A stretch of DNA of 64,000 bases from Octopus vulgaris (GCA_951406725.2 OX597819.1:82894001-82958000); one strand, 5' to 3'. Counted from the stretch's first letter, positions 53,701 through 63,817 are shown. Made by a program: numbers and translations. The notes: generated by a model from the letters alone, not told the origin.

Positions 53701-56700
53701 ATCTCAGAAACATTAATCAACTGAGTTAGCTTTTTACCCTGGACAAGAAAACTGATTTTCATTTTGAACCTGAAGGTTTAAAAAATATATTAATATAAAC
53801 CGAATATAAATTCAGTATCATGTAACAACAAATTAGCAAATAAAATCTGTTATGTTGGTAGTAAGAAGAAATTATTAAAACCCAATAGATTGTATTCATA
53901 ATCCTGGACACAAGGCATTATTTAAGTATATAAATATGGTCTCACAGCAAAGAGTTTATTGAAGTAAAGCAACTGTCACATATGTGATCCCTTACTTCTG
54001 CTGACCTGAAATAATCAACTGAATAACCGAGCAAAACATATCATAAAGAAAAGTTCCTTTGACACAGAAATCGCCAACCATTTTAAAAAGCTTGGGTCAC
54101 ATGACATTGTGATGCAACACTACAATAATAAATCTACAAAATGCATATTGTAGAAAATAGTTTTTTTTTTATTTTTAAATAAATACTTACTTGTAATCTT
54201 TGCAGGTATATCTTCAATTGAAAAGAGCTTATCAATAAAAATAAAAAGAATTAGTCCTGACAAAATTTTCTCTCAATGACAGGAGACTTGAAAGTAAATA
54301 CTCATCAAGCTTTCCAGTTTCCCTTTTATTTGCTTCAATCATTACTGGCACATTTTATATAAAATAGCATCAAGGATAATAATAAGGAAATAAGTCAGGA
54401 AATTAAAAATTGACTTGGAAGATATTTTTCATTCATATCCTTGTTTTGCTATTTGTCAGTAATTCCACTCAATTTCCCCTTACTTTTCATTTTTGTTTTT
54501 CACTGCCTTTGCTGCAGCAGTTTTCTTATTTATTTATGATCATCATTTATCAACTATATTGGAATAATTTTGCTTTTTAGCCTAATAACTGATCTCTAAA
54601 CTGTCTGATTTCCAAATCTGGTGATATTTTTATTTGCTGTTGTCAATTGAAGAATTATTAGTGCAAAATACTATATTTTATATTACTATTTATATACTTA
54701 AATATAGATATTAACCAAACTACTATGTTCAGAATTATAGCTTTCAGAGAATCAGTTGAACACATTAAAACAGCTTAGACAAATAATCTCTTTGTTAGAG
54801 CGTTTATTATGCATGAAAGTCAAGTCTATATGTATATATTCTCTTTGTTAGTGATGTTACATTTGTAATACTGTTTTATTGCAGAGGTTGTATCTGTTCC
54901 TCCACCATCACCAACATCTAATACAACCTGTACACTGAACCCCTGTCAAAATGGAGGAACATGCCTTATGGACAAGACACTCGGATACCGATGTCTATGT
55001 CCTTTAGGAACAGGAGGATCAATTTGCAAAGACGGTAAGTTTTCTTGCTTTCAATATACAAGAGCTAAGCATATTAGCTTAACTACTTGACATATTTTAT
55101 CTCTATGTAAACTTATTACTTCAGACATTTAAAGTAAACCTTGCAAGAACATGGTTTAATTTATATATCTATGTCCATCCATCTATTTCCATCCATTTTC
55201 ACTGCCCACTATTCTGGGAGCAGAGTCTTCAGGTACCTCCTCCACAGGGTCTGAAGCAATCATCATTTAACTTTCCCAAGTGTAACCAACTGAGACTACG
55301 TATAGTATACGGCTGTCTCACCTTAGGTTTCCTGCTTGCTGGTGACCAAACTGGTTCATCTTGAGGAATATACTTTGAACTCCTCTCCTGCAGCACTCTA
55401 ACCACATGTTTATCTTACAGGAACTGTGACTTCTCAATGCAGTGAAGTAGTGGCTTAACCTAGTGAGACTCTCTGATCTCTAAGCTAGGCACTCTGTGAA
55501 AACCAAAATTGCCTGTAATCACATGTAATGACAGTGATTCGCATAGCGTGTGACTAGATGTAATTATAATACTTTTGATAACATTTGAAAACCTGAAAGC
55601 ACAGATTTTTTGATAATTCTCAAGGGTGTGTGTTGGCAAACATCTGAGATTCTTATCAAATATTCATCAAACTTTTCTATTCTGTATTTCATGACTTTTT
55701 TCAAACTAATTCATGGGTGAGTTTTCCAATCAATTTTACACTCTCCTTTGTGGATTATGTTGGAGTAGTTATCCTCAATAGCCTGATGATTGTTCTACTT
55801 TCAGTATTTTGAAAGGAGTATTCAGTTTCTTTCAAAGTGTTTCTCTTTGAAAAATAACATATGAACTAGTTAGAAATAGTTTGAATTAAGAAAATTTCAT
55901 AATTCATGCATGAATTACTCTTTCCCTTTTTAGTCAATCCATGAATCTCAAAAAAAAAAAAACACGAAAAACATACAATAGAAGTTGCAATTAAAATATA
56001 CAAATCTTTAAAATGTTACCAATAGTTACCAATACTTTTGTGCTAATAATTAATTTCAATGTTTTACTATAGATTTTTTTTCTTTTCTAGGCATAAAAGA
56101 TCTTTTATTTTATAAGGAGAAACTATATTTTGCTATGTTTATGATATAGTGATAATATTAAAATTAGTATCCCTGTTCATCTAAATTTCATTTAAACAGT
56201 TACTCTCTGAAATTAAAATCAACTTTATGTATATTTTTTTCCTTTTAGTTGTATCTTTCACAGTCCCGTCATTCTCTGGAACTTCCTATCTGAGAATGCC
56301 ACAGATTAAGAATGCTACAACTGAGATGAGAATTGAAGTAGAATTTAAAAGTTTGAATAAAGATGGAATTATTCTTTTCAATAGTAAAGAGGAAGATGGT
56401 AGTGGAGATTTCGTATCTCTGACACTAAACCAAGGCTTTGTTGAACTTCGGTAAATATCATAGCAGATTGTCTGTTGATAATCTTTATCATTAACTTGAT
56501 GAAATATTATTGTAATTAGAATGTTTGTTTGTGAAAAGATTTTAGAAAAAAGAAAACACTTTGATGTTATCTTTTTATGTGTACAATGGGCTGAGCTGTT
56601 ATTTAACCCTTTGGAAATTTCAAAGAGAGGACTTAGTCAATTTTATTGACCTAGTATTTGACATTATTTTATCAGTCTCAAAAGAATAAAAGGCTAAAAT

Positions 56701-59175
56701 GACTTCAGTGGGATTTGAATCCAGAATGCAAAAGTTGGTACAAATACTTCAAGGCATTTTTCCAACACTAACAATCTTGATTATCGACCCACACTAAGGG
56801 TAAAGGGTAAAGACTTTTACTCATGAATGACCATAAGATTGCATCTAGAAAGTTCCCCTCCAAGTCACAAGTCCAGGTAAGGTTGTTTATGGAAGACCAG
56901 CAGGTGTTCATGCCTACCAGCCTCCCCTCTCCATGCCACTGATGTTACCCCCCAAAAAGGCAAAGCCCCATACTGCTTGGAATAAATGATGTTGCAACTC
57001 ATTTTTGCAGTTGAGTGAACCGGAGCAACATGAAATAAAGTGTCTTGCTCAAGAACACAACACATAGTTTGGTCCCAGAATCGAACTCACTAACTCATGA
57101 CTGTGAGTCTGACACTCTAACAACTGAACCATATTTCTTCACTCTGTCATAATAATAGTAATAATGATTTCAAATTTTGGCTGAATTAGTACTTATTTTA
57201 TTAAACCTAAAAGGATAGAAAGCAGTCAACCTTAGTGAAATTTGAAATCGTTATATAAGCTGGAAGAAATTCCACTAAGCATTTTGCCAGTGTGCTAATG
57301 ATTTTGCCAGCCCTGCAAAATATGAAGGGAAGAAGTTTTATTATGGATGTTGTCATTCAAGTTTTGATCAGCATAATAATAAAGATTAAGGAAATATTTC
57401 TTTGATTTTAGTAATAGAGTACTAAAATGTATCTATAGAAATTCTTTTATTACCAAAAAGATTTGCTCTGATGCAAATTTTTATAAAGCATAAGTTTGCC
57501 TTAATAAGAGAACTGCTTGTAACTCTTGGGTGGATGTTCCCACTGGGGAAACAAACCTATGCTCTTCAATACTCTTCTTTAAATTGTCCTCACATGAATG
57601 TTGTTTCCTTCTCCTTGAATTTTTTCTATATAAGCCAACAATATCACTTAACCTGTTGGAAATAACAACCAAATTTCTATATCACATCCCATGTTGTTAA
57701 TCCAGTCGTACTGTGTTCCCCCTATTGCAGGAATAGCTTAAATGCCATTATTACTTGATACCTGCTAAAGCAGTGATGAACAACACATTTAGAAAGAGAA
57801 GATAAAATACTAAGAAAAGACAACTGATCACATTGCAGCTATGTAGTCAAGTGTGTTATGACTCATTGTTGATGGTGTCACTCATAGATGTTGTTCATGA
57901 TTGTTTTTAATTGAAAAAATAACAGACTTTGTGATAAAATGAGTGTGTGATGAAACTGGCATTTCACCTTGTAAATGAGCAAGGCCAAAATTCCTTGTAG
58001 TTGAGGAAATTATCGATGATATTTATTCTTTTGATGAAGAGTTCACCCCTATGCAAAGAATGAAGGTGATCTGAAAATTCAGACTGATGACAGCGATGAA
58101 GAAAGTAGGGATTCAGGTGAACAAATGCAGTAGTTGTGAGATAGGCCTATTATAGTTATTCCCCTGATTTTAGTAGTGATTTTGACAGTTTACCTGCAAT
58201 TATTACTCTTGAGCTGTATATACAACTATTTATGTTTTTTTCTCAGGAGCCCAAGTGGAGGGTAAAGTTAGACACAGGAGCACAGGTCTGACTGGGGTTA
58301 AGGTGTTGAAATTGTGATGACTTTTGGTCAATAACTGATGAGGGATTGAGTGTGTTGATATGTACTTGATCAAGATAGGAGGATAAAGAATGTCTGTGTT
58401 AGCACACAGTAACAAAAGTGCATAAAATAATACCAATAACATTGTACATACTACCAAGTCATAATCATTTGCAAATGGTGGCTATAGTTTTCTGTTTTAC
58501 TCAGGGGTTTTTAAGTTAATATTCAGTACAATCTATTTTGTTACATTTGATTTTTTGGTAACTGAGATCCTTCTTTGGGAGTTAGCAACTATGATTTAAC
58601 CCTCTTACAATGTAGATTACTCTGACAAGTGGAAAGCTAATTCACATGGCCTCGATATGGCCATTTTAAATGTTCAAGGGTTATGAAAAGGTTTGACTGT
58701 TGGACACTGCTTTCTGTCTTTCCAGCAGTCATATCCTGAATGTTTCACTGGGTCAAATATTGGGAGGACTGCAATCATGTCAATATTTACATAATCAGCT
58801 AAAAGCCAATTAGCAAAAGCATCATACACAATCAAGGCACATTCATTAGCAAGTTGTGATTGTAACATTTTTTTTTCATTTTTTCTTAATAATAAACAAC
58901 TTTTAATTACTTTTGATGACTTTCTTCAATTATACTCTAACTAAACTTGTTATTTACAGGTATGATTTAGGCAATGGTCAGGCTATTATTCGCAGTGCTA
59001 GACCAATTCGACTAAATAAATATCACCATGTTATTGCTCGGCGCATTGGCCAAGATGGTTTCTTGCAAGTTGATGGTCAAAGTAATACTGCAGAAAGTAG
59101 TAGCCCTGGTGATCTGACTTCTCTTAACCTGGATTCACCTCTTTACCTTGGACACATTCAAAACTTCACTTCACT
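6737..59175 (+). CDS. AGRN: Agrin-like proteoglycan, partial multi-exon CDS (17 exons in window; gene extends beyond both ends)
   Basis: 17 AG/GT(GC)-bounded exons join in one open frame with matching phases. Domain order is FS/Kazal x4 - SGSG linker - Cys module - LE x2 - FS/Kazal - S/T - EGF - LamG. This order is diagnostic of agrin, including the agrin-like GCCxDNxTxAxxxxxAGCP segment before the LE domains. Confidence 0.93.
9612..10003 (+). mobile_element. Non-autonomous Helitron-like element
   Basis: 5' TCTATATATATAAAG, subterminal GC-rich imperfect hairpin cctgagcaactccggg, 3' CTAG, inserted between A and T with no TSD. Confidence 0.8.
11769..11871 (+). CDS. AGRN: Agrin exon: Kazal half ([34 protein letters not shown])
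   Basis: ttccag acceptor, gtatgt donor, phase 0 to 1; Kazal motif VCGxNGxxYxNxC. Confidence 0.93.
14037..14128 (+). CDS. AGRN: Agrin exon: follistatin N-terminal half ([30 protein letters not shown])
   Basis: atacag acceptor, gtaaat donor, phase 1 to 0. Confidence 0.92.
15520..18040 (-). mobile_element. Degenerate RTE-type LINE (APE endonuclease and RT remnants); boundaries approximate
   Basis: Minus-strand fragments EIDHILI...[16 protein letters not shown] (endonuclease C-terminus), ITELDFA (RT motif) and [10 protein letters not shown]; many stops and frameshifts. Confidence 0.8.
18323..18437 (+). CDS. AGRN: Agrin exon: Kazal half ([38 protein letters not shown])
   Basis: cttcag acceptor, gtaagt donor, phase 0 to 1. 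Confidence 0.93.
19299..19597 (+). mobile_element. tRNA-derived SINE with 12-bp TSD
   Basis: A box tagcctagttg, B box ggttcaaatct, TCG (Arg) anticodon-like loop; TSD ttcagtggtgaa at 19287-19298 and 19598-19609. Confidence 0.85.
20464..20682 (+). CDS. AGRN: Agrin exon: complete follistatin/Kazal domain ending in DEISGSGI; followed by a GC donor
   Basis: tttcag acceptor; translates [73 protein letters not shown] phase-1 junction with the next exon requires G|GCAAGT. Confidence 0.88.
21205..22247 (-). mobile_element. R4/Dong-like RLE non-LTR retrotransposon, degenerate 3' fragment (copy 1)
   Basis: IIDIACPSD...[11 protein letters not shown]...ALLGTARIL endonuclease C-terminus; bounded by (TTA)n on both sides. 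Confidence 0.8.
22306..23093 (-). mobile_element. R4/Dong-like 3' fragment, highly degenerate (copy 2)
   Basis: Nucleotide similarity to the 3' region of copy 3 (e.g. tgtgctgcaattaa, ttagxcaxgactg); bounded by (TTA)n. Confidence 0.7.
23117..25172 (-). mobile_element. R4/Dong-like non-LTR retrotransposon, 5'-truncated, relatively young (RT, CCHC finger and RLE endonuclease) (copy 3)
   Basis: RT motifs [22 protein letters not shown] and YMDDLKL; [28 protein letters not shown]. Only one in-frame TGA (about 23987) and one frameshift in an A-run (about 23500) were seen. Flanked by (TTA)n. Confidence 0.92.
26271..26391 (+). CDS. AGRN: Agrin exon: EGSGSGS linker plus follistatin N-terminal half ([32 protein letters not shown])
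   Basis: ttttcag acceptor (tandem CAGTAG, alternative start 26274), gtaaga donor, phase 1 to 2. Confidence 0.9.
28281..28533. repeat. Inverted repeat with about 48-bp arms (28281-28328 / 28486-28533) lying between (TA)n tracts
   Basis: ctggaaatagcagccaaaatctgact..aaaaccaca and its reverse complement. Confidence 0.8.
29418..29640. mobile_element. TTAA-type (piggyBac-like) MITE; shorter relative at 58596-58683
   Basis: Degenerate TIRs ttaccccttt-agcatt ... aatgttaaaggattaa; the 58596 copy shares both ends but lacks the middle. Confidence 0.55.
30198..30310 (+). CDS. AGRN: Agrin exon: Kazal half ([37 protein letters not shown])
   Basis: ctttag acceptor, gttagt donor, phase 2 to 1. Confidence 0.93.
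31695..31740 (-). ncRNA. Minimal type I hammerhead ribozyme motif (left arm)
   Basis: Minus strand reads GACAC-CTGAAGA-A-GGCTG-gagggtatat-CAGCC-GAAAC-ATT-GTGTT; stems I and II pair and both core boxes are present; helix III carries a CG>CA change. Confidence 0.7.
31993..32927 (-). mobile_element. RTE-clade LINE 3' fragment with (GAT)n tail and internal 63-68 bp tandem repeats
   Basis: MLRWMCNV...RWYGHVTRM...[12 protein letters not shown]...DRDLWK is an RTE ORF C-terminus; its 3' end is shared with short repeats at about 3760-3935, 38310-38455, 44760-44930 and 47530-47730. Confidence 0.88.
33014..33059 (+). ncRNA. Minimal type I hammerhead ribozyme motif (right arm)
   Basis: GATAC-CTGAAGA-A-GGCTG-gagggtatat-CAGCT-GAAAT-GTT-GTGTT; CG>TG decays relative to the left arm. 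Confidence 0.65.
33787..33933 (+). CDS. AGRN: Agrin exon: Lustrin-cysteine/WR1-like 6-Cys module ([48 protein letters not shown])
   Basis: tatcag acceptor, gtaaat donor, symmetric phase 1-1, 147 nt; pattern C-x-G-xx-PL...C...CPxGxxC...CC. Confidence 0.85.
36338..36541. repeat. Near-perfect hairpin with 88-bp arms and a 28-nt spacer
   Basis: 36338-36425 is the reverse complement of 36454-36541 at 86 of 88 positions; lies between (TA)n tracts. Confidence 0.95.
39852..39944 (+). CDS. AGRN: Agrin exon: Cys-rich pre-LE segment ([30 protein letters not shown])
   Basis: ctctcag acceptor, gtaagt donor, phase 1-1; resembles the GCCxDN..AGCP segment of vertebrate agrin. Confidence 0.92.
40030..40089 (+). 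repeat. (CT)n microsatellite; representative of many (TA)n, (CA)n, (TTA)n and (TATG)n tracts in the window
   Basis: Direct reading. Confidence 0.95.
41214..43410 (+). mobile_element. Degenerate hAT transposon (Charlie/Buster-like)
   Basis: TIRs caagggttagcaaa / tttgctgacccttg; diverged 8-bp flanks ttccagat / ctctagac (NTCTAGAN-like); transposase remnants [24 protein letters not shown]. Confidence 0.82.
43713..43874 (+). CDS. AGRN: Agrin exon: laminin-type EGF domain 1 ([53 protein letters not shown])
   Basis: tcttag acceptor, gtaagt donor, phase 1-1; 8-Cys LE pattern. Confidence 0.95.
45274..45414 (+). CDS. AGRN: Agrin exon: laminin-type EGF domain 2 ([46 protein letters not shown])
   Basis: tttcag acceptor, gtaaat donor, phase 1-1; GSVRDDCEQ agrin-like motif. 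Confidence 0.95.
46510..46731 (+). CDS. AGRN: Agrin exon: last follistatin/Kazal domain ([17 protein letters not shown]...[35 protein letters not shown])
   Basis: ttacag acceptor, gtaagt donor, phase 1-1. Confidence 0.94.
47791..49104 (-). mobile_element. Degenerate mariner transposon
   Basis: [21 protein letters not shown] region, RIITGDESW first catalytic D; degenerate TIRs (tcaacaagttcctggactag / ctaatgtaggaactttttga); about 1.3 kb. Confidence 0.85.
49667..49810 (+). CDS. AGRN: Agrin exon: Ser/Thr-rich mucin-like segment ([23 protein letters not shown]...ATERPPEVV)
   Basis: ctttctacttag acceptor (tandem TAGTAG; start could be 49670 or 49649), G|gtaagt donor, phase 1-1; sits where agrin has its S/T region. 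Confidence 0.78.
52147..52356 (+). mobile_element. Second SINE-like family (about 210 bp), multiple copies
   Basis: gagctggcagaatc...ctgagttcaaatt...caactttgcctttcatcct...aataagt; related copies at about 25325-25460, 30647-30848 and 39467-39672 and, reversed, 49890-50077, 56590-56780 and 57170-57310. Confidence 0.7.
52461..52583 (+). CDS. AGRN: Agrin exon: EB-module/EGF-like 6-Cys domain ([40 protein letters not shown])
   Basis: ctttgcag acceptor, weak G|gtacca donor, phase 1-1. Confidence 0.78.
52871..53302. repeat. Two-copy 219-bp tandem duplication, probably inside a minus-strand Helitron-like element whose 5' end is near 53697
   Basis: cagtggtgctatagt units start at 52871 and 53090; minus strand near 53697 reads TCTATATATAAAG..gtgtgtctgtctg, like the start of the 9612 element. 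Confidence 0.7.
54885..55034 (+). CDS. AGRN: Agrin exon: Pro/Ser/Thr linker plus EGF domain ([33 protein letters not shown])
   Basis: ttgcag acceptor, gtaagt donor, phase 1-1. Confidence 0.94.
56249..56450 (+). CDS. AGRN: Agrin exon: laminin G domain 1, first part ([13 protein letters not shown]...[16 protein letters not shown])
   Basis: ttttag acceptor, gtaaat donor, phase 1 to 2; LamG motifs. Confidence 0.94.
58960..59175 (+). CDS. AGRN: Agrin exon: laminin G domain 1, second part ([12 protein letters not shown]...[10 protein letters not shown])
   Basis: ttacag acceptor, gtaagt donor, phase 2 to 2; YDLGxG and LYLG motifs. Confidence 0.94.
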
Positions 59176-59399
59176 GTAAGTCATTCATTTCCTATAGTTT
59201 CTGCATTTGCTTCTATCTTATTGACAACTGATTAACACATCTATTACATACATACAGCTTACATACATGCATTTCTTTGAGAAAGGTCAAGCCAGTCTTT
59301 TTGAGTTAAGACATTTCCCGGTGTTTATAAATCTGTGGTTGAGTTTGAGTTGGTGTGTTGGTTGAACTGTCAATGCATACACCCAAGTACATGCATCTA

Positions 59400-59625
59400 T
59401 TCACATAAGAATCTCAGATGGAGGAATTTTTGGAATGTTTTACAAATTTTCACTAATAGATTAGATTTGGAGAATCCACATTAGTTTCTTTTGCTCCTTC
59501 TCCATTGAAACTGAGAATTTTAAAGTTTTGTGCAAACTTATTGTTATATAACCTAATGCACCTACAATGATAGGTACAAATGAGAATTCATAGTCAGAGT
59601 ACAAGAGCTGTAAGTTCTGCATTAA
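59400..59625 (-). mobile_element. Short RLE-type non-LTR endonuclease C-terminal fragment
   Basis: [21 protein letters not shown] resembles the IPIIVGALG motif of the 23117 element. Confidence 0.6.
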
Positions 59626-59627
59626 TG

Positions 59628-59676
<49 letters not shown>

Positions 59677-60449
59677 GAATATATATATATATATATATAA
59701 TTGAATATATATATATATGTGTATAATTGAAGATATGTATATATACATATATATCCTTAATTCTTCTGTCCCTCTACTTCTACTTCTCTCTTCTCTTCCC
59801 ACTTGACCAATCGGCCAAGCCTGCTCTTTCTTTCTTGGTCTGACCATTGTCTGTGCAACATCGATATTCTTCCCTGTGTTTGTGAAATATTTGTATCTCT
59901 GACATAAGGCTTCATTTCCACACACGCCAGCTTAATTCAATTCGTCCTTAGTCGAAAGATACCTGTTGTTATGTCCTGTTATTATTGTTATTGTATTTTT
60001 TAATTGTATTTATATTTGTGTAACATTGACCATTTTTTCTGTCCTTGTTTTTGTATACATTCGCTGCTTTCTTCCGAGGAATCTATTGCTCTTAGCTTAG
60101 TTTTTCCTTGGGGTAGACCAGATTGGAGCAATCTCAAGAATAATCAGCCGAAATTGCAAGGATAATCTGGTGCTTGACTAAGATATATATATATAATGAT
60201 ACAATGAACTTACTGATTACAGTACTCAGGTGCACTACAACGATAGTTATAAATGAGTGTCACTGTCATACAAGCAGTGTCATTTATTTCCATTATTATA
60301 TAAGATCATGTCTAAACACAGGGAAATATTAACCTACTTGGAAATGAATGTGTGTTGGTGACAGGGAGGACACCCAGTCATAGAAAATCTGTTTTAATAA
60401 ACTTTGTCTGTCTCATGTAAGTATGGAAGGTTGAATGTTTGTAGGTGAT

Positions 60450-60517
<68 letters not shown>

Positions 60518-60736
60518 AATACACACATGCATACATATATTGTCACTAGCTCACATATCCGCAAAAGAAGCACACTCTAAAACATTAGAGCAGTAATATA
60601 TTTTTAGAAGATTGATCATTATCACAAGTCAGAGAGTGACCATAGGTTTTGTAGGTGCTGAACATCTGGCCATATAAGTCTGACAAGTTGTCTTATACAG
60701 CTAAGTGCTTTATAGGTACAAAAACAATGAAACGCA

Positions 60737-61130
60737 ATTTCACCTACAACTGTTTCTATGGCCAATTACTTCAGTTTGAGAAATTAAATTAAATTAAACT
60801 TCCATATCGTTAATTGGGTATTTCTTCAAGGGAAGAATTTAATAGAAAGGAGCTACATTCCGATATGTTGCCTGACCCTTTATAGACTCAGATATGTGTA
60901 TTTCAACAACCAATGTATTTAAAAATGTGCGTATAAATACATTTGTTCCTAAAACGCTCATATCTGAGTCTATCAAGGGTCAAACAACACATCAGAATGC
61001 AGCTCCTTTCTCTTAAATTCTTCTCTTGAAGAAATATCCAGTTAACGATATTCGATATATTAATTTAAATTAATTTCATTTCATTTCTCAAGTTAAAGCA
61101 ATTGGGCATAGAAACAATTGTAGGTGAAAT
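60737..61130. repeat. Diverged long fold-back (about 190-bp arms, short AT-rich loop)
   Basis: atttcacctacaa.tgtttctatg...gactcagatatg...aatgtattta is mirrored on the right side. Confidence 0.9.
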
Positions 61131-61429
61131 GTGATAAAATATTTATTGTTTTGAATAACAAAGCATTCCAGTATTATTATTTTAAAGAATATATTTACAT
61201 GGATATTTATATAATTGAAGGAAACACATATAAACGATGCTTGAAAATGCCGGTTCGTAGATTTGACTAAGTCAAAATATACGATGTAAACAGACGGGAA
61301 CATTTTAACTGCAAGTTCTTAGAGTACTGGTTCATCGACATGTTGGCCTGGCATAATTCTAGGTGGTCAATATTAAAATATATCTAATTTTTAATGCCTT
61401 CACAGTGTTTACCGTTTTACAAAATCAAA

Positions 61430-62210
61430 CTAGAAAACTGGACAAAACAGAGAACACAATTGAAAAAATTAAAAAGAAAAGAAAAGGGTAAAAAAACAAT
61501 TCACCACCTTGGGTTGAAAAGTTGGGAGTGCTGGGAAACCTTTCTAATGGCTATTGAGACACGCCAACAAGCTTGCAGCGTTGCCGCGGGTGATGGCGAG
61601 CCTGATGAGCTGGAACAGCTAAGCACCCTCACGAGCCTCACCAGATACCTCTGCAAGGCGAGTTGCCAGTGAAGACAGAAATCTCGCTGTTAGTGGTCCG
61701 ACCCTACCAAATGTCTCGAACGCCACAGGATGGAAAATGTAGCTGGCCGACAGATCGCGGTATTTCAGGACCCCTTGTTCCACTCAACCGAAGAAGCTGT
61801 GATTCTCGTCCTCACCGCAGCATCCAGGATGTGAGAAGAAGCAAAGGAGACGCTAACTGTGACATCCCAGGCAAGGCATCTGCCTTGCAACAAGGGGCAC
61901 AGGGTGAGGCCGTCAGGTCTCTTCCCATCACATCTGGACAATCCAGATGGTTCCAAGATGGAGGGGATGTTTGTCTGGGCTGAGCACCTCTTGAGTATCA
62001 GGTTCGATTCCGCATGACGCGCGAAGTGACCAGCATTCAGGCGGCAAGAAAGGCCATAGCAGCCTGTGGAGTCGAGGAGCCAGCCACAACGGCAGATCAA
62101 ACCAGTGCATACATCAGCTCCCACTATGAGGGCAGTGGAGACACGAAGTTCGTCCAAGCTGAGTAGGCTACCAACATTAGCCACAGGGATGGCATAAATC
62201 AAGTCACCTG
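61430..62210 (-). mobile_element. CRE-like RLE non-LTR retrotransposon 3' fragment
   Basis: CRCG...GLSC...RH...LEPSGLSRCDGKRPDGLTL...LAWDVT and downstream AITRGNAAS; GC-richer than the flanks. Confidence 0.75.
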
Positions 62211-62345
62211 AGTATTTAGTGCTAGTAGACCGTAAACGGCATGAGTTTGATATTGTTCAAAATTGTATTATGTTCTTATAAATTAATGCCTATATGTCAA
62301 TTTCTCCGTTTTTTTTCTCTAATACATAAAAAAATAGTATACCTA

Positions 62346-63602
62346 CGAGGGGCGTTCAATAAGTAATGCCCCTGACCCACTTCCCATAGCAGTAGAGCAA
62401 CGAAACTTGGAACAGTTATTAGTCTTTTTCTACATAGGAACCACCCAGAGTTACGCATTTCTTCCAATGTTTGATGCAATTCTGAAGACCGTTTTTGTAG
62501 AAGACCCCAGCTTGGTCCATCATCTGGGAAACGCTTTCCTTTCAAAAACAACTTCATGGCTGGGAAGAGGTGAAAATCAGAGGATGCAAGGTCAGGAGAG
62601 TAGGGTGGATGGGGGATGAGTTCATAGCCGCACGCCTGTGCTTCTGATCTGGCGACACGCGAGTTGTGGATCGGAGCGTTGTCCTGCAGGAGGAGGATGC
62701 CTTTGCTGATCTTGCCTCGCCTCTTGATTTTGATAGCTTCTCTTAATTTCCTCAAAAGTGAAGCATAATAGACTCCTGTAATTGTGGCACCCTTTGCCAG
62801 GAAATCTGTCTTCACTACTCCGTCCTGGTCCCAGAAGACTGTAAGCATGACCTTGCCAGCAGAGGGCTGCACCCTTGTCTTCTTTGGAGGAGGTGAGTCA
62901 CGGTGCTTCCACTGCATTGACTGGGCTTTGGTCTCTGGATCATAGTGATGGACCCAGGTTTTATCCTATGCAATCAATCTTTTGAAAAATTTTTACTCAT
63001 CTTCTTGGCACATCTCCAAATTCATCCTCGAGCAATCGACGCGTTCTTGCTTCTGGAAAGGTGTGAGCAACCTGGGAATCCATCTGGCAGACACCTTTTG
63101 CATATGCAAATGGTCATGAATGATAGTTTCCAAAGACCCGGTACTAATCTTGACCTCATGGGCTATTTGGCGAATAGTTATGCGTCGATCTTCCAAAATG
63201 GCAGCCTCAACTTGACAGACAGATGCCTCATCAATGGCAGAAGGGGGCGACCAGATCGGGGAGCTGTTTCCACAGAGTTCCGACCATGTTTGAATTCACG
63301 ATGCCTGCGTTTTATAAGGTCATATGATGGGGCATCATCACCATAAGTTACTTTCATTTCATCAAAAGTCTCCCGTGGTGTGCGTCCTTTCAAATACAAA
63401 AACCGGATCACTGCTCGACACTCAACATGCTCCATTTCACACTTGACTCAGTTCAAACACCTGTAAATCGGAAACCACAATTAGTTCAGAGCTGTAATTT
63501 GCCAATTAATCTATAGAGATATAAATAATTGCACATGCAAAATTTCAGCTAGATCAAACAACTGCAAGTGGGTCAGGGGCATTACTTATTGAACGCCCCT
63601 CG
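62346..63602 (-). mobile_element. Near full-length mariner (D,D34D) with perfect 37-bp TIRs and TA TSD; transposase frameshifted
   Basis: TIR cgaggggcgttcaataagtaatgcccctgacccactt at both ends, TA at 62344-45 and 63603-04; WIPRLL and QDNAP...YSPDLASSD with 34 residues between the Ds; ORF split into three frames. Confidence 0.96.
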
Positions 63603-63817
63603 TATATCCATCAATGCAAAGCTAACATCTCTGGTTTTTCACTGATACACTGGATAAAACTGGAGAACTTGGATGCCGACATCCCTTTAAGAGGATTTAT
63701 ATCCTCGATTTAATCATATGTAAATATATATATATATATAGTATAATTCTGGTAAAAACCTCGTAACATGCATTTAAGAGCTCTTATGTCGTTATTTGAT
63801 TACCACATGCCCGATAC

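Noticed and set aside
57690-58200. Acidic-coding-looking stretch (gatgaagag..gatgacagcgatgaagaa) as an exon or transposase start
   Set aside because: It contains stops and has no phase-compatible splice sites; the flanking LamG exons already join in phase. Probably a decayed repeat that I cannot classify.
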